A stretch of 11,633 bases of DNA from a bacterium (GCA_046485285.1 JAWOHE010000025.1:1-11633); one strand, 5' to 3'; numbered from the stretch's first letter, positions 1-8,305 are shown. A program made the numbers and translations. The notes: generated from the sequence alone by a model not told the origin.

Positions 1-985
<985 letters not shown>

Positions 986-1012
986 GAATATCAGCTTGCG
1001 TCTTCTCCAAAT

Positions 1013-1024
1013 TGTCAAAGAACA
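1013..1024 (-). promoter_or_regulatory. rRNA boxA antitermination element
   Basis: The minus strand reads TGTTCTTTGACA (consensus TGCTCTTTAACA), about 28 nt before the 23S 5' end. Confidence 0.8.
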
Positions 1025-1057
1025 ATTGTCAGCGTTGAGCTGTTGTCTAGCGGTTGT

Positions 1058-1085
1058 ATGATAGCAGAACCCAACCGGAAGTCAA
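1058..1085 (-). promoter_or_regulatory. Proximal promoter of the 23S gene
   Basis: The minus strand reads TTGACT (1085-1080), 16 bp, TATCAT (1063-1058), with an extended -10 TG. It points at boxA and the 23S gene. Confidence 0.8.
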
Positions 1086-1091
1086 TCAGGA

Positions 1092-1119
1092 ATGATACTC
1101 GGAAACCCGCGCGGCGCAA
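1092..1119 (-). promoter_or_regulatory. Distal tandem promoter of the 23S gene (putative)
   Basis: The minus strand reads TTGCGC (1119-1114), 16 bp, TATCAT (1097-1092). It has the same -10 hexamer and spacer length as the proximal promoter and lies 34 bp upstream of it. Confidence 0.55.
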
Positions 1120-1254
1120 GCGAAATCATCACCGCCCCGCACGACCTCCAACCCTCAGTACCGCAGGCACTTGGCCCGTCCGCCGCGGACGCGCGCAACC
1201 CGGGACGCGCGCAGGGGTGCGCAAGGGGCGCGCGGCCCGCGGCCCGGGGCCGCG

Positions 1255-1282
1255 TTGACTCCGCCACGCCTCGGCCTATACT
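1255..1282 (+). promoter_or_regulatory. sigma70-type promoter, probably giving a leaderless mRNA
   Basis: TTGACT (1255-1260), 16 bp, TATACT (1277-1282), then 6 nt and the ATG at 1289. No Shine-Dalgarno is present. Confidence 0.75.
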
Positions 1283-1288
1283 GCCCGT

Positions 1289-1978
1289 ATGAAGAAGACT
1301 ACCCTCCTGCTTGCGCTCGTCCTCGCCCTCGCCGCGCCGGCCGCCGCCCAGGAAGGCTGGCTCGTTCCCTTCGCCGCGGCCTACCAGCCCGGCCTCGCCG
1401 GGTTCCGCTCCGCCTTCAGCCGGCACGAACTGCCCCTGCCCGCCGAGCGCCAGTTCGGCTGGGGCGTCGAACTCCGCACCCTTGTCAATGGCTTCCTCCT
1501 CGGCCCGCTCTACCTGCGGACCTGGAGCGACACCGAAACCGGGGAATTCCACCTCCGCAGCGAGGCCAGCGCGGTGATGGGCGAGGTCGGCTTCCAGCTC
1601 TCGCCGGCCGGCTGGCTCTCGCTCATCCCGATGGTCGGCGTCGGCGGGCTCAGCCAGTCACTGCACCTGCGCTCCCGCACCGGCGAGCTCCCGCTCGAGG
1701 AACTCCTCGGCAACCCGGGCCAGGACGCCGGCATCGTCAGCGGGCTCAAGTTCGCCGGCCTCGCCGCGATCGAGCTCGGCCTCGCGGCCCCGACCGAGTC
1801 CGGCCGCTACGGCGTGGCCGCGCGCATCGGCTACCTCTACTCGCCGCTCGACCCGACCTGGCACCTCGCCAACGGCTCCCGCATCACCGGCGCGCCCCGG
1901 ACCGGCCTGCGCGGCCCGTTCCTCACCCTCGGGCTCCTGATAATGCCGTCGGCCGAGGTCGCGACCAGTCGTCTCTAG
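1289..1978 (+). CDS. Exported protein, probable small outer-membrane beta-barrel (229 aa)
   Basis: It has a signal peptide (MKKTTLLLALVLALAAPAAA-Q) and alternating hydrophobic, Gly/aromatic-rich strands (FGWGVEL, GEVGFQL, IPMVGVG, ARIGYLY, GPFLTLGL). Codons end mostly in G/C. The fold is inferred. Confidence 0.75.
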   Translation: MKKTTLLLALVLALAAPAAAQEGWLVPFAAAYQPGLAGFRSAFSRHELPLPAERQFGWGVELRTLVNGFLLGPLYLRTWSDTETGEFHLRSEASAVMGEVGFQLSPAGWLSLIPMVGVGGLSQSLHLRSRTGELPLEELLGNPGQDAGIVSGLKFAGLAAIELGLAAPTESGRYGVAARIGYLYSPLDPTWHLANGSRITGAPRTGLRGPFLTLGLLIMPSAEVATSRL

Positions 1979-1987
1979 GAGGAAAAC

Positions 1988-2803
1988 GTGAAGAACCGCC
2001 TCATCGCCCTCGCCGCGCTGGCGCTCGTCGCCACCGGCTGTCTCTACATCTACAAGCTCGAGGTCCCGGCCAACCGGACCTGGCCGGCCGCCGACCTCAC
2101 CGCGGCCGCCTTCCACACCCTCAACGGCACGGTCGAGGTCGCGACCACGGCCGACACAACCGTCTCGGCCGCGATCACCCGGCGCTGCTTCGGCCGGAAC
2201 CGGGCCGACGCCGAAGCGCACATCGACGACATCGTCATCACCGACACCATCACCGGCGGCCGGCTCTCGGTCGTCGCCACCGCGCCCTCCGCCAGCGCCC
2301 GCAACTACGGCGCGGACTTCGAGATCGCCCTGCCCGCCGGGCTCGCCCTCGACCTCCGCTCCTCGAACGGCCGGCTCGCCGTCGTCGGCGCCCGCTCCGG
2401 CATCACCGCCCGCACCTCCAACGGCGCGGTCAGCCTCACCGGCACGGCCGGCACGACGACGATCAACACCTCCAACGGCGCGGTCGCGGTCGCGGTCCAC
2501 TCCGGCAGCATCACCATCAACACCTCGAACGGCGCGGTCGACTGCGACCTCGTCCTGCTCGAGGCGACCGGCCACTGCCGCATCGAGACCTCCAATGGCC
2601 ACGTCACCCTCCGCCTGCCCGCCGACGTCTCGGCCCGGTTCGACCTCGCGACCTCCAACGGCGACGTCACGGTCGGCACCGGCTTCGGCTCGGTCAGCTA
2701 CACCGTCTCGGAGCGGACCCGCAAGACCGGCACCATCGGCTCGGGCGCGGCCGAGGTCGCGGTCAAGTCCTCGAACGGGTCGGTCACCCTCCTGCCGCGG
2801 TGA
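1988..2803 (+). CDS. Lipoprotein with DUF4097/putative-adhesin beta-strand repeats (271 aa)
   Basis: SD AGGAGG at 1977-1982 precedes a GTG start. There is a lipobox-like LVATG-C and repeated [TS]SNG-x-V/L motifs about every 19-24 aa. Confidence 0.85.
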   Translation: MKNRLIALAALALVATGCLYIYKLEVPANRTWPAADLTAAAFHTLNGTVEVATTADTTVSAAITRRCFGRNRADAEAHIDDIVITDTITGGRLSVVATAPSASARNYGADFEIALPAGLALDLRSSNGRLAVVGARSGITARTSNGAVSLTGTAGTTTINTSNGAVAVAVHSGSITINTSNGAVDCDLVLLEATGHCRIETSNGHVTLRLPADVSARFDLATSNGDVTVGTGFGSVSYTVSERTRKTGTIGSGAAEVAVKSSNGSVTLLPR

Positions 2804-2908
2804 GCCGGCGAATCCGGAGGCCCCCCGCCCCGGTCGAACTGCTATGGTTCCACTAACTGCCGTGCCGGGCGCGTCGCGCTCCTGACGGCAAGACTACGGA
2901 GGAAGGCG

Positions 2909-3235
2909 ATGGCCGACGTGAAATCCGTTTCCGATGTCAACTTCGAGCAGGAAGTCCTCAAGGCCGAGGCAGCGGTGCTGGTCGACTTCTGGGCACCCTG
3001 GTGCGGCCCGTGCCGGATGGTCGCGCCGATAGTCGAGAAGCTCGCCGAGCGCTTCGCCGGCCGGCTCAAGGTCTGCAAGCTCAACACCGACGAGAGCCCG
3101 CAGACCCCGGGCCAGCTCAACATTCACGGCATCCCGACGCTCATCGTCTTCAAGGGCGGGAAGGAAGCCGAGCGCCTCGTCGGCTACATGCCCGAGGAAC
3201 AGCTCGCCGCCAAGCTCGAGCCGCACCTGGGCTAG
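2909..3235 (+). CDS. trxA: Thioredoxin (108 aa)
   Basis: VLVDFWAPWCGPC active site, IPTL cis-Pro motif, typical length, and SD GGAGG at 2898-2902. Confidence 0.97.
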   Translation: MADVKSVSDVNFEQEVLKAEAAVLVDFWAPWCGPCRMVAPIVEKLAERFAGRLKVCKLNTDESPQTPGQLNIHGIPTLIVFKGGKEAERLVGYMPEEQLAAKLEPHLG

Positions 3236-3236
3236 C

Positions 3237-4658
3237 GTGCCCGGGGAGGCCCCCTTCCGCCGCCGCGCCCTGACCGGCGCGGCGGCGCGCAAGCTGGCCG
3301 AAATCACCGCCCCGGACCGGGTCATCACCGACCCCGCGGCCCTCGACCGCTACGCCCGCGACGAAAGCCCGGGCCCGCGCCTGCCGCCCGACGCGGCGGT
3401 CCTCGTCCGCGGCGCCGGCGAAGCCGCGGCGGTACTCCGGCTCGCCCGGGACGAACGCCTGCCGGTCACCCCGCGCGGGCTCGGCACCGGCCTCGCCGGC
3501 GGCGCGATTGCCGCCGCGGGCGGCATCCTGCTCTCGACCGAGCTGATGAACGAGCCGCCGGCCGTCGACCCGGCCAACCTCGTCGTCACGGCCCGGCCCG
3601 GGGTCACCACCGACCGGGTCGCCCGGGCCGCGGCCGGCCACGGCCTCTGCTACCCGGTTGACCCCGCGTCACTCGAAGACTGCTCGATCGGCGGCAACGT
3701 CGCCACCAACGCCGGCGGCGCGCGCGCCTTCAAGTACGGCGTCACCGCCCAGTACCTCCGCGGCCTCGAGGCGGTCACCCCGGCCGGCCAAGTCATCCGC
3801 TACGGCGGCAAGCTCCACAAAAACGTCACCGGCTACGACCTCTGCGCCGCGCTCGCCGGCTCCGAAGGCACGCTCGCGGTCATCACCGAGGTCACCCTCC
3901 GGCTCGTCCCGCAGCCGAGGGTCCGGGTCGACCTCCTGATACCCTTCGACCGCATCGGCCAGGGCGTCGAACTCGTCCTCCGGGTCGTCCGCGACGCCCG
4001 GCTCCTGCCCGCGGTCGTCGAGTTCATCGAGCGCGGCGGCATCCGGGCCTGCAACCGGGTCCTCGGTTCCGACCTTCCCTTCCCGGAGGCCGAGGTCCAG
4101 GTCCTCATCGAGCTCGAAGGCAACGACCGCGAGGCGGTCCTCGCCGACGTCGTCCGGCTCGGCGAACTGGCGATGGACCTCGGCGCGTCCGAGCCGCTCG
4201 TCGCCGACAACCCGACCGACCAGGCCCGCATCTGGCGCGCCCGCCGCGAACTCGCCAAGACCCTCAAGAAGGTCTACAGCGAAGTCGCGGCCGAGGACGT
4301 CGTCGTGCCGCTCGCCGAGCTCCCGGCCACGGTTGACCGCATCGCCGCGCTCGCCCGCCGCCACGCCGTCACCGTCATCCCCTTCGGCCACGTCGGCGAC
4401 GGCAACATCCACGTCGACATCTGCCGCGACGGCGACCGCGAGACCTGGCTCCGCGCCCGCCGCGCCCTCACCGCCGAACTCATCGACTTCGTCCTCGGTC
4501 GCGGCGGCCAGGTCACCGCCGAGCACGGCATCGGGATGGAGAAACTCGGCTGGATGAAGAAGGCAGTCGGCCCGGCCGAACTCGAGGTGATGCGCGCGCT
4601 CAAGCGCGCCTGGGACCCGGACAACCTCCTCAACCCCGGCAAGGTCCTGCCCGACTGA
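3237..4658 (+). CDS. FAD-binding oxidoreductase, GlcD / D-lactate dehydrogenase family (473 aa)
   Basis: Family motifs PRGLGTGLAGGA, YPVDPAS, SIGGNVATNAGG, GSEGTLAVITE, FGHVGDGNIH, TAEHGIG and WDPDNLLNPGKV. The GTG start lies 1 nt after the trxA stop. Confidence 0.93.
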   Translation: MPGEAPFRRRALTGAAARKLAEITAPDRVITDPAALDRYARDESPGPRLPPDAAVLVRGAGEAAAVLRLARDERLPVTPRGLGTGLAGGAIAAAGGILLSTELMNEPPAVDPANLVVTARPGVTTDRVARAAAGHGLCYPVDPASLEDCSIGGNVATNAGGARAFKYGVTAQYLRGLEAVTPAGQVIRYGGKLHKNVTGYDLCAALAGSEGTLAVITEVTLRLVPQPRVRVDLLIPFDRIGQGVELVLRVVRDARLLPAVVEFIERGGIRACNRVLGSDLPFPEAEVQVLIELEGNDREAVLADVVRLGELAMDLGASEPLVADNPTDQARIWRARRELAKTLKKVYSEVAAEDVVVPLAELPATVDRIAALARRHAVTVIPFGHVGDGNIHVDICRDGDRETWLRARRALTAELIDFVLGRGGQVTAEHGIGMEKLGWMKKAVGPAELEVMRALKRAWDPDNLLNPGKVLPD

Positions 4659-4844
4659 CCGCCCGCCGGAACGACCACAGGCGCCCGCCCAGTTCGGCCC
4701 TCATCCCGACGTCCTCAGCCAGACTCCTCATCAATCACCTCATTACCACAAGGATAGTGATTATTATCCAACGGTGCAACCGCCGGATTACCGCTATACC
4801 GCTATCATTACAGGCCTTATCTCATGTCCGAATTTCCCCCCTCC

Positions 4845-5108
4845 CCTACCCCCGGGGTTACCCCCCCAGTAACTCCCGGGATTACTCCGGGAGTAACTCC
4901 CGGGGTTACTCCGGGGGTAACTTCGGGGGTTACTCCGGGGGTAACTTCGGGGGTTACTCCGGGGGTAACTGCCGGGGTTACCACGGGGGTTACTACCGGG
5001 GTTACTGGGGGTGTTACTGGGGCAGTTACCGGGGGAGTTACTCCCGGGGTTACCGGGGGAGTTACTCCGGGAGTTACCGGGGGAGTAACTCCGGGAGTGC
5101 AGGTGGGG
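4845..5108. repeat. 12-bp tandem quasi-palindromic array (GTWACY-NNN-GGR) with terminal GCAGGTGGGG
   Basis: Twenty in-register units run from 4857 to 5096; 19 begin GTTAC or GTAAC and one begins ATTAC. A degenerate unit lies at 4845. There are no indels. Confidence 0.95.
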
Positions 5109-5226
5109 TGCGCCGAACGGCTGACGACGCGCGGTGGTCGGTCAGTCAGCCCCGCTGACACTGCGTGGCGGTGAGGAGGATGGCCGACCGCCGGGAAGCG
5201 GCCCGGCCGGCCCGTTGACTCTGCCC

Positions 5227-5271
5227 AGCGCGGCCTGACTACCGCGGTCGCGGCCGGGCCGCAGCGCACGA
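5227..5271. repeat. Direct-repeat copy of 7052-7096 (3' end of the beta-propeller gene)
   Basis: 42 of 45 positions are identical and the last 23 nt match exactly. The offset is 1825 bp. Confidence 0.9.
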
Positions 5272-5415
5272 CCGGTACCAGGGGGTCGCCCATCTCGTTC
5301 TCCAGCGCCCCTGCTGCCGCCACACCGCCTCCCTGAGCACGTCCGGGCCGTCCAGCAGAGACACTTGTCCCGGCTCGTCGGCTCTGTAACTGCCGGACAC
5401 TCTGCTTGTGGCCAT
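5239..5415 (-). pseudogene. Small ORF (58 aa) or decayed gene start
   Basis: The minus strand reads GGAGAGGAGG-ctcag-ATG and translates MATSRVSGSYRADEPGQVSLLDGPDVLREAVW... It ends inside the duplicated fragment. No family was recognised. Confidence 0.3.
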
Positions 5416-5519
5416 CTGAGCCTCCTCTCCAACTGACTCACTGCCACATTGCCTGGCATGCGGCAGGGCAGGCGTCGAGTACGCGGTCCGGACCCGGCTC
5501 CAGTAACGGGTGGAGGATG

Positions 5520-6875
5520 TCAGTCGGTCCGTTCGCGCGGCTGCTCCTCGGTCCAGACGCCGACCGAGCCCGGCTTGAACACCAGCCTGAATTCACTGCC
5601 CGCGCGCCGGATGACCAGCTCGACCTCCTGCTGCCCCTCGGCGACGGCCGACTTCGCCACGCTGATGTCCGGGGTCCGGGCGATCGACTTGCCGTCATAG
5701 CTGACGATGACGTCGCCCGGCCTGAGCCCGGCCTCCGCCGCCTGGCTGCCCGGCACGACGTCCCGGACCGCGACCTCCATCTCCGTCGCCGCGACAATCG
5801 CCCAGGCCCGGGGCGTCCCCAGCTTGACCAGCGCCGAGAAGGCCGCCCGGCGCAGTGCGGCCGGGGTCGGGACGCCCGGCGTGCCGGCCAGCACCTCGTG
5901 CAGGAACGCGACCGCCCCGGTGCAGCGCCGCGCGCCCAGCAGGTACAGGACCTTCTGCCGTACCGACAGCGACTCGCCCTCGTACAGGCGGACGAGCGCC
6001 CTCTCGACCTTCGCCGCCGGCTCGCGCGAGTACAGCACGTGCTGAAGCCGTTCGACGAACCGCGCGGTCCGCGCCGGCTCCGGCACGTCCGGCGTCCCCC
6101 GCGCGACCGCCGCGGCCAGCGGCAGCGCCTCGTCCTCGTGCAACCGGCACCAGATGAAGTCGCGCGCGTCCTCGAACAACTCCCGGGTCAGCTCGTGCCG
6201 GGCAGGATAGCGGAGCAGTTCGGCCGTGATTCCCCGCGCCCGGAGGCTGTCGAGTGCGCGCTCGGCCCCGGCGGGGTCGCAGACCGGGTCCTCGGCGCCG
6301 TGGAGTATCCGCACCGGCGGACGGGATCTGTCCTGCGCGCGGTCGCCGGACCAGGCCGGCTCGAGCCAGCCGCCCGCAGGCAGCAGCCCGGCGAACAGCG
6401 CGGGCTCGGCGAGCCCGACCGCGTAGGTCAGGAACCCACCCTGTGAGAAACCGAACAGGAAGACCTTACCCGGGTTGACCGGGTAGTCGGCGCTGACGCG
6501 GCGGATGGTTGCGATGACCCAGTCGACGGACGCCCGGACCGTGGCATCCCGGTCGAGCCACGACCCCGAGTCCGGCCAGTGCCACCAGGTCCAGCGCACC
6601 GGCTCGTCCTCGCCCAGCGGCAGTGGGTACGGACTCTCGGGGTACAGGCCGATTGCGCCCTCCGGGCACAGCCGGTCGTTGGTGCCGAGGTACGCCTCCA
6701 TCCGGTCGCCCATCCCGTGCAGTGCCACCACGAGCGGGTAGCTCCGCGCCGAATCGTAGTCAGCGGGCAGTTCGACCGTGTAGGCGCCGGGCACCGTCGC
6801 CGGCGCTTTGTGGACGACGACCTCGGCCGCGCCCGCGCCGGCCAGCGCAACGAGCAGCAGCGCAAGTATCAGCAT
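5520..6875 (-). CDS. Exported alpha/beta-hydrolase (phospholipase/carboxylesterase-like) with a HEAT-like helical region and a C-terminal PDZ domain (451 aa)
   Basis: The start was moved to ATG 6875 (SD AGGAGG, signal peptide MLILALLLVALAGAGA). Hydrolase motifs are YPLVVALHG, GFSQGG, ILHGAEDPV and ARHEL. The PDZ signature is VVPGSQAAEAGLRPGDVIVSYDG. Confidence 0.9.
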   Translation of the reverse strand: MLILALLLVALAGAGAAEVVVHKAPATVPGAYTVELPADYDSARSYPLVVALHGMGDRMEAYLGTNDRLCPEGAIGLYPESPYPLPLGEDEPVRWTWWHWPDSGSWLDRDATVRASVDWVIATIRRVSADYPVNPGKVFLFGFSQGGFLTYAVGLAEPALFAGLLPAGGWLEPAWSGDRAQDRSRPPVRILHGAEDPVCDPAGAERALDSLRARGITAELLRYPARHELTRELFEDARDFIWCRLHEDEALPLAAAVARGTPDVPEPARTARFVERLQHVLYSREPAAKVERALVRLYEGESLSVRQKVLYLLGARRCTGAVAFLHEVLAGTPGVPTPAALRRAAFSALVKLGTPRAWAIVAATEMEVAVRDVVPGSQAAEAGLRPGDVIVSYDGKSIARTPDISVAKSAVAEGQQEVELVIRRAGSEFRLVFKPGSVGVWTEEQPRERTD

Positions 6876-7049
6876 CTCTCCTCCTCTCCTCGGCCTCGCC
6901 GTACCTGCAACCGGTCCGGCGACTCCTCGAGTCACGGCCGGACGGCATTCGGGATGACGTCGCCGGCCCCGCGGACCTGCCCGCAACCGACTTCGCGGCG
7001 GCGCGGTGTTCGGCAATCCGCGCTCGCGCCCGCGGCTCAACGGCCCGGC

Positions 7050-8270
7050 CTAGCGCGGCCTGATGACCGCGGCCGCGGCCGGGCCGCAGCGCACGAAGTA
7101 GCACCCGGCCGGCACCGCCGCGCCGCGGTCGTCCCGGCCGTCCCACTGCGCGGCCAACGGCCCGCGGCCTATCACCCGCACCAGCCGCCCGGCGCTGTCG
7201 CGAACCTCGACCGACCCGCCGCCCTCGGCCCGGATGAGCACCCGCCCGCCCGGCGCGAGCAGGCTCGGCCGGCACGACGGCCCGCCTGCCGCCGCCGGCA
7301 CCCGCACTTCGGCGACCCCGGTCGTGTCGTCGGTGTAGTGCAGGGCCACCGCCGCGCCCGCGAAGGTGAAGCCGAACGCCCAGCCCTCGGTACCGGAACC
7401 GAACGCGACCGTGTAAAGCGGCGCGTCCGGCGGCTCGGGCGCGAACGGGTCGGCCACCCAGCTGTCGCCGGTCCAGTGCAGTATCGTCCCGGAATCGCCG
7501 ACCGCCCACGCCTCGCCGCTCGTCCCCGCGACCGCGAGCCCGTACAGCCGTCGCGTCGTCGGCGACTGGACAATCGCCCAGGTGTCCTTGAAACAGCGCA
7601 GGATCAGACCGCCGTCGCCGACCGCCCAGCCCTCGGTGTTCGATTCCATCGCCACCCGCCGCAGGACCACGGGCGCAAGCGTGCGCAACTGCGTCCACGC
7701 GCCGTCCTGGAACCGGAAGATGCTCCCCGAGTCGCCGACCGCGTAGCACTTCCCCGGGTGCGTCGCCGCCATCCCGAGGACGATGCGGTTGGTGACCAGC
7801 GTCGTGTCGATGTTCCAGCCCGCCGCGTCCCGCCGCATCACCGGCATCCGCCGCTGGGGCGAGGCGCCGCCCGCGAAGCCCGCTCCCGGGCCGGCAAAGC
7901 TGACCGCCTGCAGGGCCCGGTCGAACGGGTCCGTCTCCTGGGTCCACGCCGCGCCGTCCCAGCGCAGGACCACGCCATCCGGGAAGTTGAACTGCTCGCC
8001 GACCGCCCAGGCCGAGTCCCCGGCGAGCGCGATGTCGTAGACAAGCTGGTTGCGGAACGTGTCGGCGAGCGTCCATTCGCGGCCGTCATAGCGCAGGAGC
8101 CCGGTCAGCCGCGTGTCGACGGTCGCCGCCGCCCAGCCGCTGGTGTCGCTTGCGAGCGCGACACAGCGCACCGCGTAGGGAAACGGGACCTGCCGCCAGC
8201 GCGGCTGCGCGCCGAGCGGACCGCCCGCGGCCAGCGCGGCGGCGCCCAGGACGAGGAACCGGGTCAGCAT
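7050..8270 (-). CDS. Secreted beta-propeller protein (WAVGDxGxI repeats, Ycf48/BNR-like) with a FlgD-Ig/T9SS-like C-terminal domain (406 aa)
   Basis: The start was moved to ATG 8270 (signal peptide MLTRFLVLGAAALAAG). Blade repeats are WAVGE, YAVGDSGSIF, WAVGDGGLIL and WAVGDSGTIL. The C-terminus reads DSAGRLVR...WDGRDDRGAAVPAGCYFVR. Confidence 0.85.
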   Translation of the reverse strand: MLTRFLVLGAAALAAGGPLGAQPRWRQVPFPYAVRCVALASDTSGWAAATVDTRLTGLLRYDGREWTLADTFRNQLVYDIALAGDSAWAVGEQFNFPDGVVLRWDGAAWTQETDPFDRALQAVSFAGPGAGFAGGASPQRRMPVMRRDAAGWNIDTTLVTNRIVLGMAATHPGKCYAVGDSGSIFRFQDGAWTQLRTLAPVVLRRVAMESNTEGWAVGDGGLILRCFKDTWAIVQSPTTRRLYGLAVAGTSGEAWAVGDSGTILHWTGDSWVADPFAPEPPDAPLYTVAFGSGTEGWAFGFTFAGAAVALHYTDDTTGVAEVRVPAAAGGPSCRPSLLAPGGRVLIRAEGGGSVEVRDSAGRLVRVIGRGPLAAQWDGRDDRGAAVPAGCYFVRCGPAAAAVIRPR

Positions 8271-8277
8271 CGCCTCC

Positions 8278-8305
8278 AGTCTCGCCGCGGGCGGCAGACT
8301 GTCAA
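8278..8305 (-). promoter_or_regulatory. Putative promoter, possibly leaderless
   Basis: The minus strand reads TTGACA (8305-8300), 16 bp, GAGACT (8283-8278), 7 nt, ATG 8270. The -10 element is imperfect. Confidence 0.45.

Noticed and set aside
4741-4830. Replication origin (AT-rich patch, TTATCCAAC at 4764)
   Set aside because: Only a 7/9 match to a DnaA box, no cluster of boxes, and no dnaA or rep gene in the window.
4845-5108. CRISPR array
   Set aside because: The period is 12 bp, there are no unique ~30-nt spacers and no cas genes.
5215-5245. Promoter at TTGACT 5215
   Set aside because: There is no acceptable -10 element at 16-18 bp and no downstream plus-strand gene.
4817-5323. (VTPG)n ORFs and the YxGG-repeat ORF 4757-5158 as genuine CDSs
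   Set aside because: The open frames follow from a stop-free 12-bp unit, codon usage is atypical and ATG 4824 has no SD. Translation is not excluded, but it is unsupported.
5227-7096. DGR template/variable repeat pair
   Set aside because: The repeat is short, the mismatching adenines fall in both copies rather than only in a template, and no reverse transcriptase is present in the window.
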